Source: an uncultured Spirochaetales bacterium (GTDB lineage Bacteria; Myxococcota_A; UBA9160; UBA6930). From it: a DNA stretch of 64,000 nt. The position numbers were made by a program, and so were the translations under genes. Shown here in pieces: positions 24,679 to 33,579 of the stretch (the stretch's first letter is position 1; each line of letters starts with the position of its first letter). The stretch is taken from positions 22,507 to 86,506 of the forward strand of contig CAZCTH010000005.1 in the NCBI GenBank assembly GCA_964501435.1, given 5' to 3'. The notes beneath the pieces were generated by a model. The model was given only the letters and a program-made list of their open reading frames with translations. It searched no databases and was not told the DNA's origin.

Positions 24679-26538
24679 CTAGAGGTAGGCGCTCGCCGCG
24701 TACTGCTGGACCATACGATGGGTGTTGAAAAAGGACGCGTTCAAGGCGATCGCCTGCCGCATCACATCGATCCAGCCGGAGCGATTCCCGTAGTACAGCG
24801 GGACGATCACCTGCTCGAGCTTCGCGTAGAGGTCGCTGGCGTCGCGAGCATCGATTTCGGCACCTGCGGCACTGGCGGCATCGTCCGTGCCGATCGACCA
24901 GCCTGTGACGCCTTCGATGTGCCCCTCGATCCACCAGCCGTCCAAGACGCTGAGGCTCGGGACGCCGTTGTGCGCCGCCTTCATCCCGGAAGTGCCCGAG
25001 GCTTCCAGCGGCCGAGCGGGCGTGTTGAGCCAAAGGTCTACTCCGGCCGTGAGGCAGCGAGCGAGTTCGACGTCGTAGTTTTCCAGGTAGACGACTCGAA
25101 CCGATCCGGCGAGCTCTCGGGCAACGCGAAACACCCCGCGAATCAGGTCTTTGCCCGTCGCGTCGCGCGGATGTGCCTTGCCCGCCAAGACCAGCTGGAT
25201 GGGGCCCGCGAGCCGGGCGATGGAGCGAAGGCGATCGACGTCGCGAAAGAGAAGCTGCATCCGCTTGTACTCGGTTGCGCGGCGCGCGAACCCGATTGTT
25301 AGGGAGTCGCCCGCGAGATCGACGCCGGTTCTCGATCGCACCCGATCGATCAAGGCCGCCTTCGCCTCGAGGTGGGCGCTCCAGATCTCTAAGCGCGGAA
25401 TTCGGAGCGCATTGCGCAGCAGATAGGAATCCGACATCCACCCGGGCAGGTGTCGATCGTAAACGCGCGCGAAGCTCTCCGCGGTCCAGGTGACGGAGTG
25501 CACACCGTTAGTAACCGCATCGAACGTGTGTCCGGGAAAGAGGCTGCGAGATACCTCCCCGTGCTTCTTGGCGACGCCGTTGGTGTACTGGCTCAGATTC
25601 ATCGCGAGCAGCGTCAGGTTGAAGCGGCCTGCACCGCCGAACATCTCGAGCTGGTCCCTCGGCAACGGCGTCTCGAGAAGCTCTGCCAGGAGCTCATAGG
25701 CGAACTGGTCGTGACCTGCGGGAACCGGTGTGTGCGTTGTGAACACGCATTGGCTCCGCACACTGGCATAGGCTTCGTCATCTCCCGAAACCTTTTTCTC
25801 CCCGCGAAGGAGCTCGAGCGTGAGCAACGCCGCATGCCCTTCGTTCATGTGAAAACGCTCGACGTGCGCGTACCCGAGTTCGCGAAGCATGCGGAGGCCG
25901 CCGATCCCGAGCACGATCTCTTGGGCAAGCCGGTAGCGCTCGTCGCCCCCGTAGAGATGCGCCGTAAGGGACCTGTCTTCTGGCGTGTTGCTTGGGCAAT
26001 CCGTGTCGAGCAGGAGCAGCGGGACGACGTAGCCGGTCGCACCGCGAATCTCGTACTGCCAAGCGCGCACTTCGACGGCGCGTGAGGCGATGCGCACTTC
26101 GACTCTGGCCTCGGCGCAACGAGCGAACTGGGCCGGATCCCAGGCCACCTCGTGCTCGCTCTGGTTCCCGTCGGCGTCGAGCCGCTGCTCGAAGTAGCCC
26201 TTGCGGTGCACGAGCGACACACCGACGACGGGGATTCGGAGATCCGCGCAGGATCGCAGTGCATCGGCCGCGAGGACCCCGAGGCCCCCACTGTACGTGG
26301 GCATCCTCGGGTGGACTGCTGCCTCCATCGTGAAGTAGGCGATGCGACGGCGCGCAGGATCGATGCGCGCTCCCTCGTCGCGGGTGAGGGCGCCGTAACG
26401 TTCCGGCTGGAAGAGGAACTTCTGGAGGCAGAGCTTCGAGCAGAACGCGACCGCCCTCCCCTCCCGCAGCAGCGTCAGGCTCTCCTTCGGCTCGACCTCC
26501 ATGCCGCAGACCGGATCTCTCATGCAGCGCACTCCCAT
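24679..26538 (-). CDS. glgP: alpha-glucan (maltodextrin/glycogen) phosphorylase, GT35, with an N-terminal YHS/TRASH domain
   Basis: N-terminus (MGVRC)MRDPVCGMEVEPKESLTLLREGRAVAFCSKLCLQKF, then IAYFTMEAAVHPRMPTYSGGLGVLAAD and EASGTSGMKAAHNG (PLP Lys region). The start is ATG 26538 or 26523; the latter has a GGGAG RBS. Confidence 0.88.
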   Translation of the reverse strand: MGVRCMRDPVCGMEVEPKESLTLLREGRAVAFCSKLCLQKFLFQPERYGALTRDEGARIDPARRRIAYFTMEAAVHPRMPTYSGGLGVLAADALRSCADLRIPVVGVSLVHRKGYFEQRLDADGNQSEHEVAWDPAQFARCAEARVEVRIASRAVEVRAWQYEIRGATGYVVPLLLLDTDCPSNTPEDRSLTAHLYGGDERYRLAQEIVLGIGGLRMLRELGYAHVERFHMNEGHAALLTLELLRGEKKVSGDDEAYASVRSQCVFTTHTPVPAGHDQFAYELLAELLETPLPRDQLEMFGGAGRFNLTLLAMNLSQYTNGVAKKHGEVSRSLFPGHTFDAVTNGVHSVTWTAESFARVYDRHLPGWMSDSYLLRNALRIPRLEIWSAHLEAKAALIDRVRSRTGVDLAGDSLTIGFARRATEYKRMQLLFRDVDRLRSIARLAGPIQLVLAGKAHPRDATGKDLIRGVFRVARELAGSVRVVYLENYDVELARCLTAGVDLWLNTPARPLEASGTSGMKAAHNGVPSLSVLDGWWIEGHIEGVTGWSIGTDDAASAAGAEIDARDASDLYAKLEQVIVPLYYGNRSGWIDVMRQAIALNASFFNTHRMVQQYAASAYL

Positions 26539-26543
26539 CGACC

Positions 26544-27233
26544 CTAGTGATGGGCGCGTGGAACCAGGTGTCCGCGAGCAAGGTCCTGCAGCCTCGGCAC
26601 CTCTGTCGCGTCGGACACTGTTAGGTCGACATCCCGCGAGTCCCCGACGCGCTCGATGCGCACACCGGGGAGATAGAGGGGGCAATGGTCGATTCGTGGC
26701 GCGCGAGCGCGCGCGAATGCCAGGTGACAGCGCATGTGCGCCATCGCTGCGTTCGTGTCGATGCCCGTGTCGAGGCGGACCCGGGCCCCGTCGAGGAGAG
26801 GCTCGACGGCTTCGACGTGTCCCGCGAAGGGGCATGCGGTTCGTGTCTCGGGCGGGAACGAAACGCAGGCGTCCTCCTCGAAAGCCTCGAGTTCGCGCGC
26901 TGCGGCGAGATGCTGCCTTGCGTGTTGCTCATGCTCGCCAGCGTGCTCGCGATGACGTTCGGTTGGGTTGTACTGGCCGGCGGGCCAGTAGAAGTCGCCG
27001 CTCGGAAAGCGCGATCGGGTCGATCGGAAGGGTTCGTAGCTGGGAAGGCTCGCCTCCGGGTCGTACTTCTCTCGGTGCTCGAGCGCCTCCCGAGCGTGCA
27101 ACTCTGATTCGCTGCGATGTGCCCCAGCATCCATCCCGGTGTGGCGCTCCGCGACGGTGCCACTGCACCCCGCCGCGAGGAGCGCAGCGGCCGCGAGTGA
27201 GATCGCGTGAAGTCTCGAGCCTCGCGGCCGCAT
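26544..27233 (-). CDS. lipoprotein, function unknown (His/Glu-rich)
   Basis: Starts at MRPRGSRLHAISLAAAALLAAGCSG (lipobox). It contains several Cys and an HREHAGEHEQHARQH stretch. Its stop lies 5 nt upstream of the glgP ATG. Confidence 0.55.
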   Translation of the reverse strand: MRPRGSRLHAISLAAAALLAAGCSGTVAERHTGMDAGAHRSESELHAREALEHREKYDPEASLPSYEPFRSTRSRFPSGDFYWPAGQYNPTERHREHAGEHEQHARQHLAAARELEAFEEDACVSFPPETRTACPFAGHVEAVEPLLDGARVRLDTGIDTNAAMAHMRCHLAFARARAPRIDHCPLYLPGVRIERVGDSRDVDLTVSDATEVPRLQDLARGHLVPRAHH

Positions 27234-27409
27234 CCAGCGCACCTCCCTGCGACGAGGTACGCCGGCGCCCGGGCTGCGGTGACATCTCGCGCCGCTAACC
27301 GAGAACGTTTCCGTGCAGCCTCCAGGGCGCCGACCTGTCACGTCTTGCCTTCGTACCGCGTATTCGAGATTGCGCCGCACACGCCCCGCGCGCGCCGCCA
27401 GGGCCCCCC

Positions 27410-29806
27410 ATGTCACGCGCTACTTCGCGTTTTGTCGTTCCGTTTCGAGATCTCACGATCGATGACGTCTCGCTTGTCGGAGGGAAGAACGCATCCCTCG
27501 GAGAAATGATTCGCAACCTCGGTGCTGCCGGCGTCCCGGTGCCCGATGGCTTCGCGGTCACAGCCGAGGCGTTTCGCGTTCACCTCGCCGGGGCCGGAAT
27601 CGAGAGCGCGGTCTACTCGGCCCTCGACAAGCTCGACGTCCGCGACGTGGCAGCCCTCGAGCTCGTGGGCCGACACGTTCGCGATCTCGTCGCGCAGGCT
27701 CCACTCCCCGCCGCGGTCTGGGGCGAGGTCGAGGCAGCCTACGGGCGTCTCTCGCAAGAGAACGGGGAGAGCCCCGAGGTCGCAGTGCGCTCGAGCGCCA
27801 CTGCCGAGGATCTGCCCAACGCGTCGTTCGCGGGGCAGCAAGAGACGTATCTTTACGTGCACGGTCGCGCGGCACTTCGGCAAACAATCGTCTCGTGCAT
27901 GGCCTCGCTCTTCACGGACCGAGCGATCGTGTACCGCGCGGAGCGCGGCTTTGCGCACCGCGACGTAGCGCTCTCCGTCGGCGTGCAGCAGATGGTTCGG
28001 AGCCTGTGCGCCGGAGTGGTCTTCACGCTCGACCCGGAGAGTGGGTTTCGCGACGTCGTGCTCGTCTCGGGCGCGTGGGGCCTCGGCGAGACCGTCGTTC
28101 AAGGGAGCGTGAACCCCGACGAGTTCTGGGTTCACAAACCGACACTCCGTCAGGGCTTCCAGCCGATCATCCGGCGTGAGCGAGGCGAGAAGGCGATCCG
28201 GATGGTTCGCGCCTCCGGAAGCGGTGGCCGGGCGACTCGCACGGAGGCGGTTCCGGAGCCGGACCGCCAACGGTTCGTGCTCTCGGACGCAGAAGTGCTC
28301 CAGCTCGCGCGCTGGGCACTCGCGATCGAGAGCCACTACTCGGCGCGCCACGGGCGCGACGTGCCGATGGACATCGAGTGGGCGAAGGACGAGCGCACGG
28401 GTGCCCTCGCCATCGTGCAGGCGCGGCCGGAGACGGTTCACTCACAGAAGACGGCTCCTGCAATCGAGTTCTTTCGGCTGCGCCAAGAAGGGACGGTCCT
28501 CGTCCGAGGCAAGAGCGTCGGCGCCGCAATCGCGACGGGCCCTGTGCGTGTGCTCCGCGACCTCAGCGAGCGGGCGAGCTTCTGCCGCGGCGAGGTGCTC
28601 GTAACCACCGAGACAGGGCCCGATTGGGAGCCGATCCTTCACGATGCCGTTGCCGTGGTGACGGACAAAGGCGGGCGCACGTGTCACGCGGCGATCGTTT
28701 CGCGCGAGCTCGGCATCCCTTGTGTGGTGGGTGCGGAGCGCGCGACGTCACAGTTGCGCGACGGCCAGCCTGTTACGGTTTCTTGCGCGGAAGGTGACGA
28801 GGGGCGTGTCTACGCGGGAACCCTCGAGTTCGACTGCGAGAGAATCGACCCCGGAAAGCTGCCAGTGCCGCGCGTCCCGCTGCTCCTCAACGTCGGCAGT
28901 CCGGCGCGCGCCTTTCAGCTCGCACAGCTTCCGAGCCAGGGCGTTGGGCTCGCTCGCATGGAGCTGATCGTGCTGAATGCCATCGGGGTCCATCCGATGG
29001 CACTCGTCCACCCCGAGCGCGTTGGCGACCCCAAAGTCGCTGCGGAGATTCAGCGGCGTACGCGCCGCTTCGCGTCAGGTCCCGATTTCTTCGTGAGCGA
29101 GCTCGCGATGGGCGTCGCCGGCATTGCCGCCGCGTTCTTCCCCCGCCCTGTGATCCTTCGCTTCTCCGATTTCAAGACGAACGAATACCGCGCACTTCTC
29201 GGTGGCTGCGAGTTCGAGCCGGAGGAAGCGAACCCGATGATCGGGTTCCGCGGCGCATCCCGGTACTACTCCGACCGCTACCGCGAAGGATTCGCGCTCG
29301 AGTGCGCTGCCGTGCGACGGGTTCGCGACGAAATGGGGCTCGTCAACCTCCACGTGATGATTCCGTTCTGCAGGACGCTCGGGGAGGCGCGCAAGGCGCT
29401 GCTCGAGCTCGAGAAGAATGGGCTCGTGCGCGGGCAGAGGTCGCTCGAGGTCTACGTCATGTGCGAGATCCCGAGCAACGCGCTCCTTGCCGAGGAGTTC
29501 GCCGACCTCTTCGACGGCTTCTCGATCGGATCGAACGACCTGACGCAGCTCACGCTCGGCGTCGACCGCGACTCGGCGCTTCTCGCGGATCTCTTCGACG
29601 AACGGGATCCCGCGGTGAGAAAGCTCATCGAGATGGTCGTTCGGGCAGCCCATCGCAAGGGCCGCAAAGTCGGGATCTGCGGCCAGGCGCCCAGCGATTA
29701 TCCAGACTTCGCCGAGTTTCTCTCGGAGATCGGGATCGACTGCATTTCCTTGAATGCCGATGCCTTCGCGACCGTCGCCCGGAGGCTTGGCGCGACGCCG
29801 CCATGA
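27410..29806 (+). CDS. ppsA: phosphoenolpyruvate synthase (pyruvate, water dikinase)
   Basis: 798 aa. N-terminus VGGKNASLGEMI, phospho-His region TDKGGRTCHAAIVSRELGIP, and a C-terminal PEP-utilising domain. Confidence 0.93.
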   Translation: MSRATSRFVVPFRDLTIDDVSLVGGKNASLGEMIRNLGAAGVPVPDGFAVTAEAFRVHLAGAGIESAVYSALDKLDVRDVAALELVGRHVRDLVAQAPLPAAVWGEVEAAYGRLSQENGESPEVAVRSSATAEDLPNASFAGQQETYLYVHGRAALRQTIVSCMASLFTDRAIVYRAERGFAHRDVALSVGVQQMVRSLCAGVVFTLDPESGFRDVVLVSGAWGLGETVVQGSVNPDEFWVHKPTLRQGFQPIIRRERGEKAIRMVRASGSGGRATRTEAVPEPDRQRFVLSDAEVLQLARWALAIESHYSARHGRDVPMDIEWAKDERTGALAIVQARPETVHSQKTAPAIEFFRLRQEGTVLVRGKSVGAAIATGPVRVLRDLSERASFCRGEVLVTTETGPDWEPILHDAVAVVTDKGGRTCHAAIVSRELGIPCVVGAERATSQLRDGQPVTVSCAEGDEGRVYAGTLEFDCERIDPGKLPVPRVPLLLNVGSPARAFQLAQLPSQGVGLARMELIVLNAIGVHPMALVHPERVGDPKVAAEIQRRTRRFASGPDFFVSELAMGVAGIAAAFFPRPVILRFSDFKTNEYRALLGGCEFEPEEANPMIGFRGASRYYSDRYREGFALECAAVRRVRDEMGLVNLHVMIPFCRTLGEARKALLELEKNGLVRGQRSLEVYVMCEIPSNALLAEEFADLFDGFSIGSNDLTQLTLGVDRDSALLADLFDERDPAVRKLIEMVVRAAHRKGRKVGICGQAPSDYPDFAEFLSEIGIDCISLNADAFATVARRLGATPP

Positions 29807-30993
29807 AGATTCTCATGCTCGGATGGGAGCTCCCGCCGCGCTTCGCGGGCGGTGTTGGAGTCGTCACGCACGCCCTCTTGCGCGCGCTCGCAAGGCGCGG
29901 TCACCAGCTCGTATACGCGATGCCGGCATTCGCCGGGGATGCGGCGCTCGAGGGTGTCCGCATCCTCGCGCCCGCAGAAACAGAGCCGCCGAGCCGTCTG
30001 ACGTCGTACGCAAGCGCGCACCCGCGTATAGCGATTCCTGGCGAGATCGTTCCGCCAAGCGGCGCGCCGCTCTATGGCGCGGACTTGCTCAAGGAAATCG
30101 ACCGCTTCGCCGCTGACGTCGTCGCCCGCGTGCGCAGCGCGGGCGTCGAGTTTGATCTCGTCCACGCGCAGGACTGGACGACCTTCCGCGCAGGACTCGC
30201 GCTCCGCCGGGCATTCGGCAAGCCCTGGGTCGCCCACGTGCACATTACCGAGTTCGACAAGTCGGGTGGCTCGCACGCGGACCCAAGCGTCTACGCAGCC
30301 GAGCGCGAGGGGATTTGCGGTGCGGACCTCGTCGTCGCCGTGAGCCAGCGTATCGCCGCGACGTGCCGCGATCTCTACGGCGCCCAGCCTGAGCGTGTAC
30401 GCGTCGTCTACAACGGCATCGACTTCGACACAACCTCGCCCATCCCGCCGGCGTTGCCGCGCCCGCTCGTGCTCTTCCTCGGCCGAGTCACCTTGCAGAA
30501 GGGACCGGAGTATTTCCTCGAGGCGGCGCGTCGCGTGCTCGAGCTCGAGCCTGAGACGCACTTCGTCCTCGCTGGCACCGGCGACATGCTGCCGCGCATG
30601 ATCGAGCGCGCGGCGGAGTTGGGCATCGCCTCGCACGTGTCATTCCCGGGCTTCGTGGATCGCGAGCGGGCGGCCGCTCTCTACGCCGGGGCCGACGTCT
30701 TCGCAATGCCGAGCGTCTCGGAGCCTTTTGGAATCGTCCCGCTCGAGGCGATGGACCGGGGCGTGCCCGTCATCGTCTCCCGCCAGTCGGGCGTCTCGGA
30801 GGTGCTCCGCAACGCCCTCAAGGTCGACTTCTGGGACATCGACGACCTCGCCTCGAAGATCGTCGCAGCGCTCCGGATGCCCGCGCTCGCCGATGAGCTG
30901 CGTCGCAATGCGTTGACTGAGGTCGGGTCGATGAGCTGGGATGCCGTCGCGGAGCGCCTCGAACGCCTCTACGAGGAGCTGCTCCGTGCCTAG
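29803..30993 (+). CDS. GT4/GT5-type glycosyltransferase, probable archaeal-type glycogen synthase
   Basis: Starts at MKILMLGWELPPRFAGGVGVV (ATGA overlap with the ppsA stop). C-terminal SEPFGIVPLEAMDRGVPVIVS is the E-x7-E-type motif. Confidence 0.8.
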   Translation: MKILMLGWELPPRFAGGVGVVTHALLRALARRGHQLVYAMPAFAGDAALEGVRILAPAETEPPSRLTSYASAHPRIAIPGEIVPPSGAPLYGADLLKEIDRFAADVVARVRSAGVEFDLVHAQDWTTFRAGLALRRAFGKPWVAHVHITEFDKSGGSHADPSVYAAEREGICGADLVVAVSQRIAATCRDLYGAQPERVRVVYNGIDFDTTSPIPPALPRPLVLFLGRVTLQKGPEYFLEAARRVLELEPETHFVLAGTGDMLPRMIERAAELGIASHVSFPGFVDRERAAALYAGADVFAMPSVSEPFGIVPLEAMDRGVPVIVSRQSGVSEVLRNALKVDFWDIDDLASKIVAALRMPALADELRRNALTEVGSMSWDAVAERLERLYEELLRA

Positions 30994-32233
30994 CGTGTGC
31001 CTCTATTTCCAAGTGCACCAGCCCTATCGGCTGCGGCGCTACGGCGCGTTCGACGTGGGGAGCCGCCACGATTATTTCGACGCGGACCTCGACGAGACCA
31101 TCCTGCGAAAGGTCGCCGAAAAGTGTTACCGCCCGATGAACGCGCTCGTAGAGGAGCTCGTCGAGCGCACGAACGGCCGCTTCCGCGCGGCGTACTCGAT
31201 AAGTGGGACGGCGCTCGAGCAAATCGAGCGCTGGGCGCCCGACCTGATCGAGAGCTTTCGCCGCCTCGTTGCCACGGGCGCAATCGAGCTGCTGGCCGAG
31301 ACCTACTACCACTCGCTTGCGTGCGTGGCGTCTCGCGACGAGTTCGCCGAACAGGTCGCGCTCCACTCGGCGAAGGTCGAGAGCCTCTTCGGCGTGCGGC
31401 CGCGTGTGTTCCGCAACACCGAGCTGATCTTCTCGAACGAGGTCGCACGTCTGGTTGCCGAGCTTGGATTCGCCGGTGTCCTCGCCGAGGGTGCCGACCG
31501 CGTGCTCGGTTGGCGCTCCCCGCATTTTCTGTACGCGGCGACAGGCACGCCCAATCTGCCCGTCTTGCTGAAGAGCTACCGACTCTCTGACGACATCGCC
31601 TTCCGGTTCGGCAATCGCGGCTGGGAGGGGTGGCCGCTGACCGCCGAGAAGTTCGCCGGCTGGCTCCATGCGGTGAACGGATGCGGGGAGACCGTGAACC
31701 TCTTCATGGACTACGAGACCTTTGGTGAGCACCAGTGGGCTGACACGGGGATCTTCGAGTTCATGCGCAGCCTACCTCGGGCGGTCCTGGCGCATCCGGA
31801 CATGGAGTTCGCGACGCCGTCGGAGGTGACGAGGCGCTACGGGCCGCGCTCCGAGATCGATGTGCACGACTTCGTTTCGTGGGCCGACACCGAGCGCGAT
31901 CTCACGGCCTGGCTCGGAAACGCCATGCAGCGCGAGGCGATGCGTTCCCTCTTCGCCCTCCGCGGCGCTGTGCACGCCGCAGGCGACCCGGAGATGCTCG
32001 AGACCTGGCGTCGCCTCACGACGAGCGACCACCTCTACTACATGTGCACCAAGTGGTTTTCGGACGGCGACGTCCACAAGTACTTCTCGCCCTACGAATC
32101 TCCTTACGAGGCGCACATCGCCTTCATGAACGCGCTCGCCGACCTGTCGCTGTGCGTGCGCCGCGCGGCCGGGCGGCCGGCTCACTTGCGATCGCCGACT
32201 ACGTCACTCGGAGGCGACTTCGCACGTAGATGA
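30986..32233 (+). CDS. glycoside hydrolase family 57 (alpha-amylase-like)
   Basis: GH57 regions LYFQVHQPYR, NTELIFSNE (nucleophile Glu) and MDYETFGEH (acid/base Asp). The GTG start overlaps the upstream stop. Confidence 0.8.
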   Translation: MPSVCLYFQVHQPYRLRRYGAFDVGSRHDYFDADLDETILRKVAEKCYRPMNALVEELVERTNGRFRAAYSISGTALEQIERWAPDLIESFRRLVATGAIELLAETYYHSLACVASRDEFAEQVALHSAKVESLFGVRPRVFRNTELIFSNEVARLVAELGFAGVLAEGADRVLGWRSPHFLYAATGTPNLPVLLKSYRLSDDIAFRFGNRGWEGWPLTAEKFAGWLHAVNGCGETVNLFMDYETFGEHQWADTGIFEFMRSLPRAVLAHPDMEFATPSEVTRRYGPRSEIDVHDFVSWADTERDLTAWLGNAMQREAMRSLFALRGAVHAAGDPEMLETWRRLTTSDHLYYMCTKWFSDGDVHKYFSPYESPYEAHIAFMNALADLSLCVRRAAGRPAHLRSPTTSLGGDFARR

Positions 32234-32372
32234 GGGCTAGAGGGAGAGGCTACTGGGGCGAGGAGGCAGAGCATTGCTGACCGATCGCGGCCTCTCGCGC
32301 GGGCCGCGGCTTCCGACCCGTGCGCGGGAAGGTCGCCTGTTCGCTCGGCGCGAGAGCGTGAGGGAGAAGAGC

Positions 32373-33542
32373 GTGAGGCAAAGGCGCTTCGGCATTCTGA
32401 CGGGCGGCGGCGACGTACCGGGGCTCAACGTCGCGATCAAAGCCGTCGTCCAGCGGGCCTCCGCACAGGGCACGGCAGTGGTCGGACTGCGGCGCGGCTG
32501 GCTGAGCCTGCTTGCGATCGACCCGGATGCTCCGGCCACAATCGCGGATTGGACGGTCGAGCTCACGAGCGATCGCGTCCGGGCGATCGACCGCACCGGC
32601 GGTACGATCCTTCACACCTCCCGCACGAATCCGGGCAACATGAAGGCGAGCGAACTGCCCGCGCACGTCCGCAAGGAGGACCGAGGCGCGCTCACGAGAG
32701 ACGGCAGCGTCGACTGTACGCGGCACGTCCTACGCGTACTCGGCGCGCTCGATCTCGACGGTCTCATCGCGATCGGCGGGGACGACACGCTGAGCTACGC
32801 GCACCGTCTTCACCGTGAAGGGGTTCCCGTCGTCGCGATTCCAAAGACGATGGACAACGACGTGAGCGGCACCGACTACTGCATCGGATTTTCCACCGCT
32901 GTCACCCGCTCGGTCGAGGCGATCACGGCCTTTCGCACGAACGTCGGCTCTCACGAGCGGATCGGCGTCGTCGAACTGTTCGGACGCAACTCGGGCGAGA
33001 CCTCGCTCTTCGTCGCCCTTCTCGCCGACGCCGACCGTGCCGTCATCCCGGAGGTGCCCTTCGACCCCAAGCGCTTGTGCGACTTTCTCGCTGACGATCG
33101 GAAACGGAACCCATCGCACTACGCCATCCTCACGATCTCGGAGGGCGCCCAGCTCGAGGGAGGCGCGATCCTCGAGTCCGGCGAAGCCGATGCCTATGGC
33201 CACAAGAAGCTCGGCGGAATTGGCGCCCTCGTCGCGGCGGAGATCAAGCAGCGCACGAAGGTCAACATCATGGTTCAGCAGCTCGCCTACATGATGCGAG
33301 CTGGCGCACCCGACTCGCTCGACCGAATGGTCGCGCTCTCGTTCGGGGGCCTCGCCTTCGATCAACTCGCCGCCGGCCAGGTGGGACGCATGGTCGCTCT
33401 GCAACGGGGTGTCTACACGACTGCCGCGCTCGAGTCGGTGGTCGCGGGGCAGAAGCGCGTCGACACGGCCGCGCTCTACGACACGGAAAGCTATCGGCCG
33501 AAGCTGCGCGAGCTGGTCGGAAAGCCCATGTTCCTTTACTAG
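32373..33542 (+). CDS. pfp: 6-phosphofructokinase with the PPi-dependent signature
   Basis: FGILTGGGDVPGLN, IGGDDTLSYA (Asp rather than Gly) and IPKTMDNDV (Lys rather than Gly). GTG 32373 is preceded by GAGGGAG. The track ORF starts at 32274. Confidence 0.85.
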   Translation: MRQRRFGILTGGGDVPGLNVAIKAVVQRASAQGTAVVGLRRGWLSLLAIDPDAPATIADWTVELTSDRVRAIDRTGGTILHTSRTNPGNMKASELPAHVRKEDRGALTRDGSVDCTRHVLRVLGALDLDGLIAIGGDDTLSYAHRLHREGVPVVAIPKTMDNDVSGTDYCIGFSTAVTRSVEAITAFRTNVGSHERIGVVELFGRNSGETSLFVALLADADRAVIPEVPFDPKRLCDFLADDRKRNPSHYAILTISEGAQLEGGAILESGEADAYGHKKLGGIGALVAAEIKQRTKVNIMVQQLAYMMRAGAPDSLDRMVALSFGGLAFDQLAAGQVGRMVALQRGVYTTAALESVVAGQKRVDTAALYDTESYRPKLRELVGKPMFLY

Positions 33543-33579
33543 GTCTCCCCCTCGGAACGACTCGCAGAGTCAAGCGTGA

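Noticed and set aside
24071-25441. 456-aa minus-strand ORF
   Set aside because: It is out of frame with the glgP and paralogue C genes it overlaps, and its sequence is Arg-rich junk.
26544-27233. Possible fourth member of the helical paralogue family (HREHAGEHEQHARQHLAAARELEAFE)
   Set aside because: Only a short His/Glu-rich stretch resembles the LAEGHE-HA tail. The TP-QH...HC module is absent, and the rest of the protein is Cys-containing and non-helical in character.
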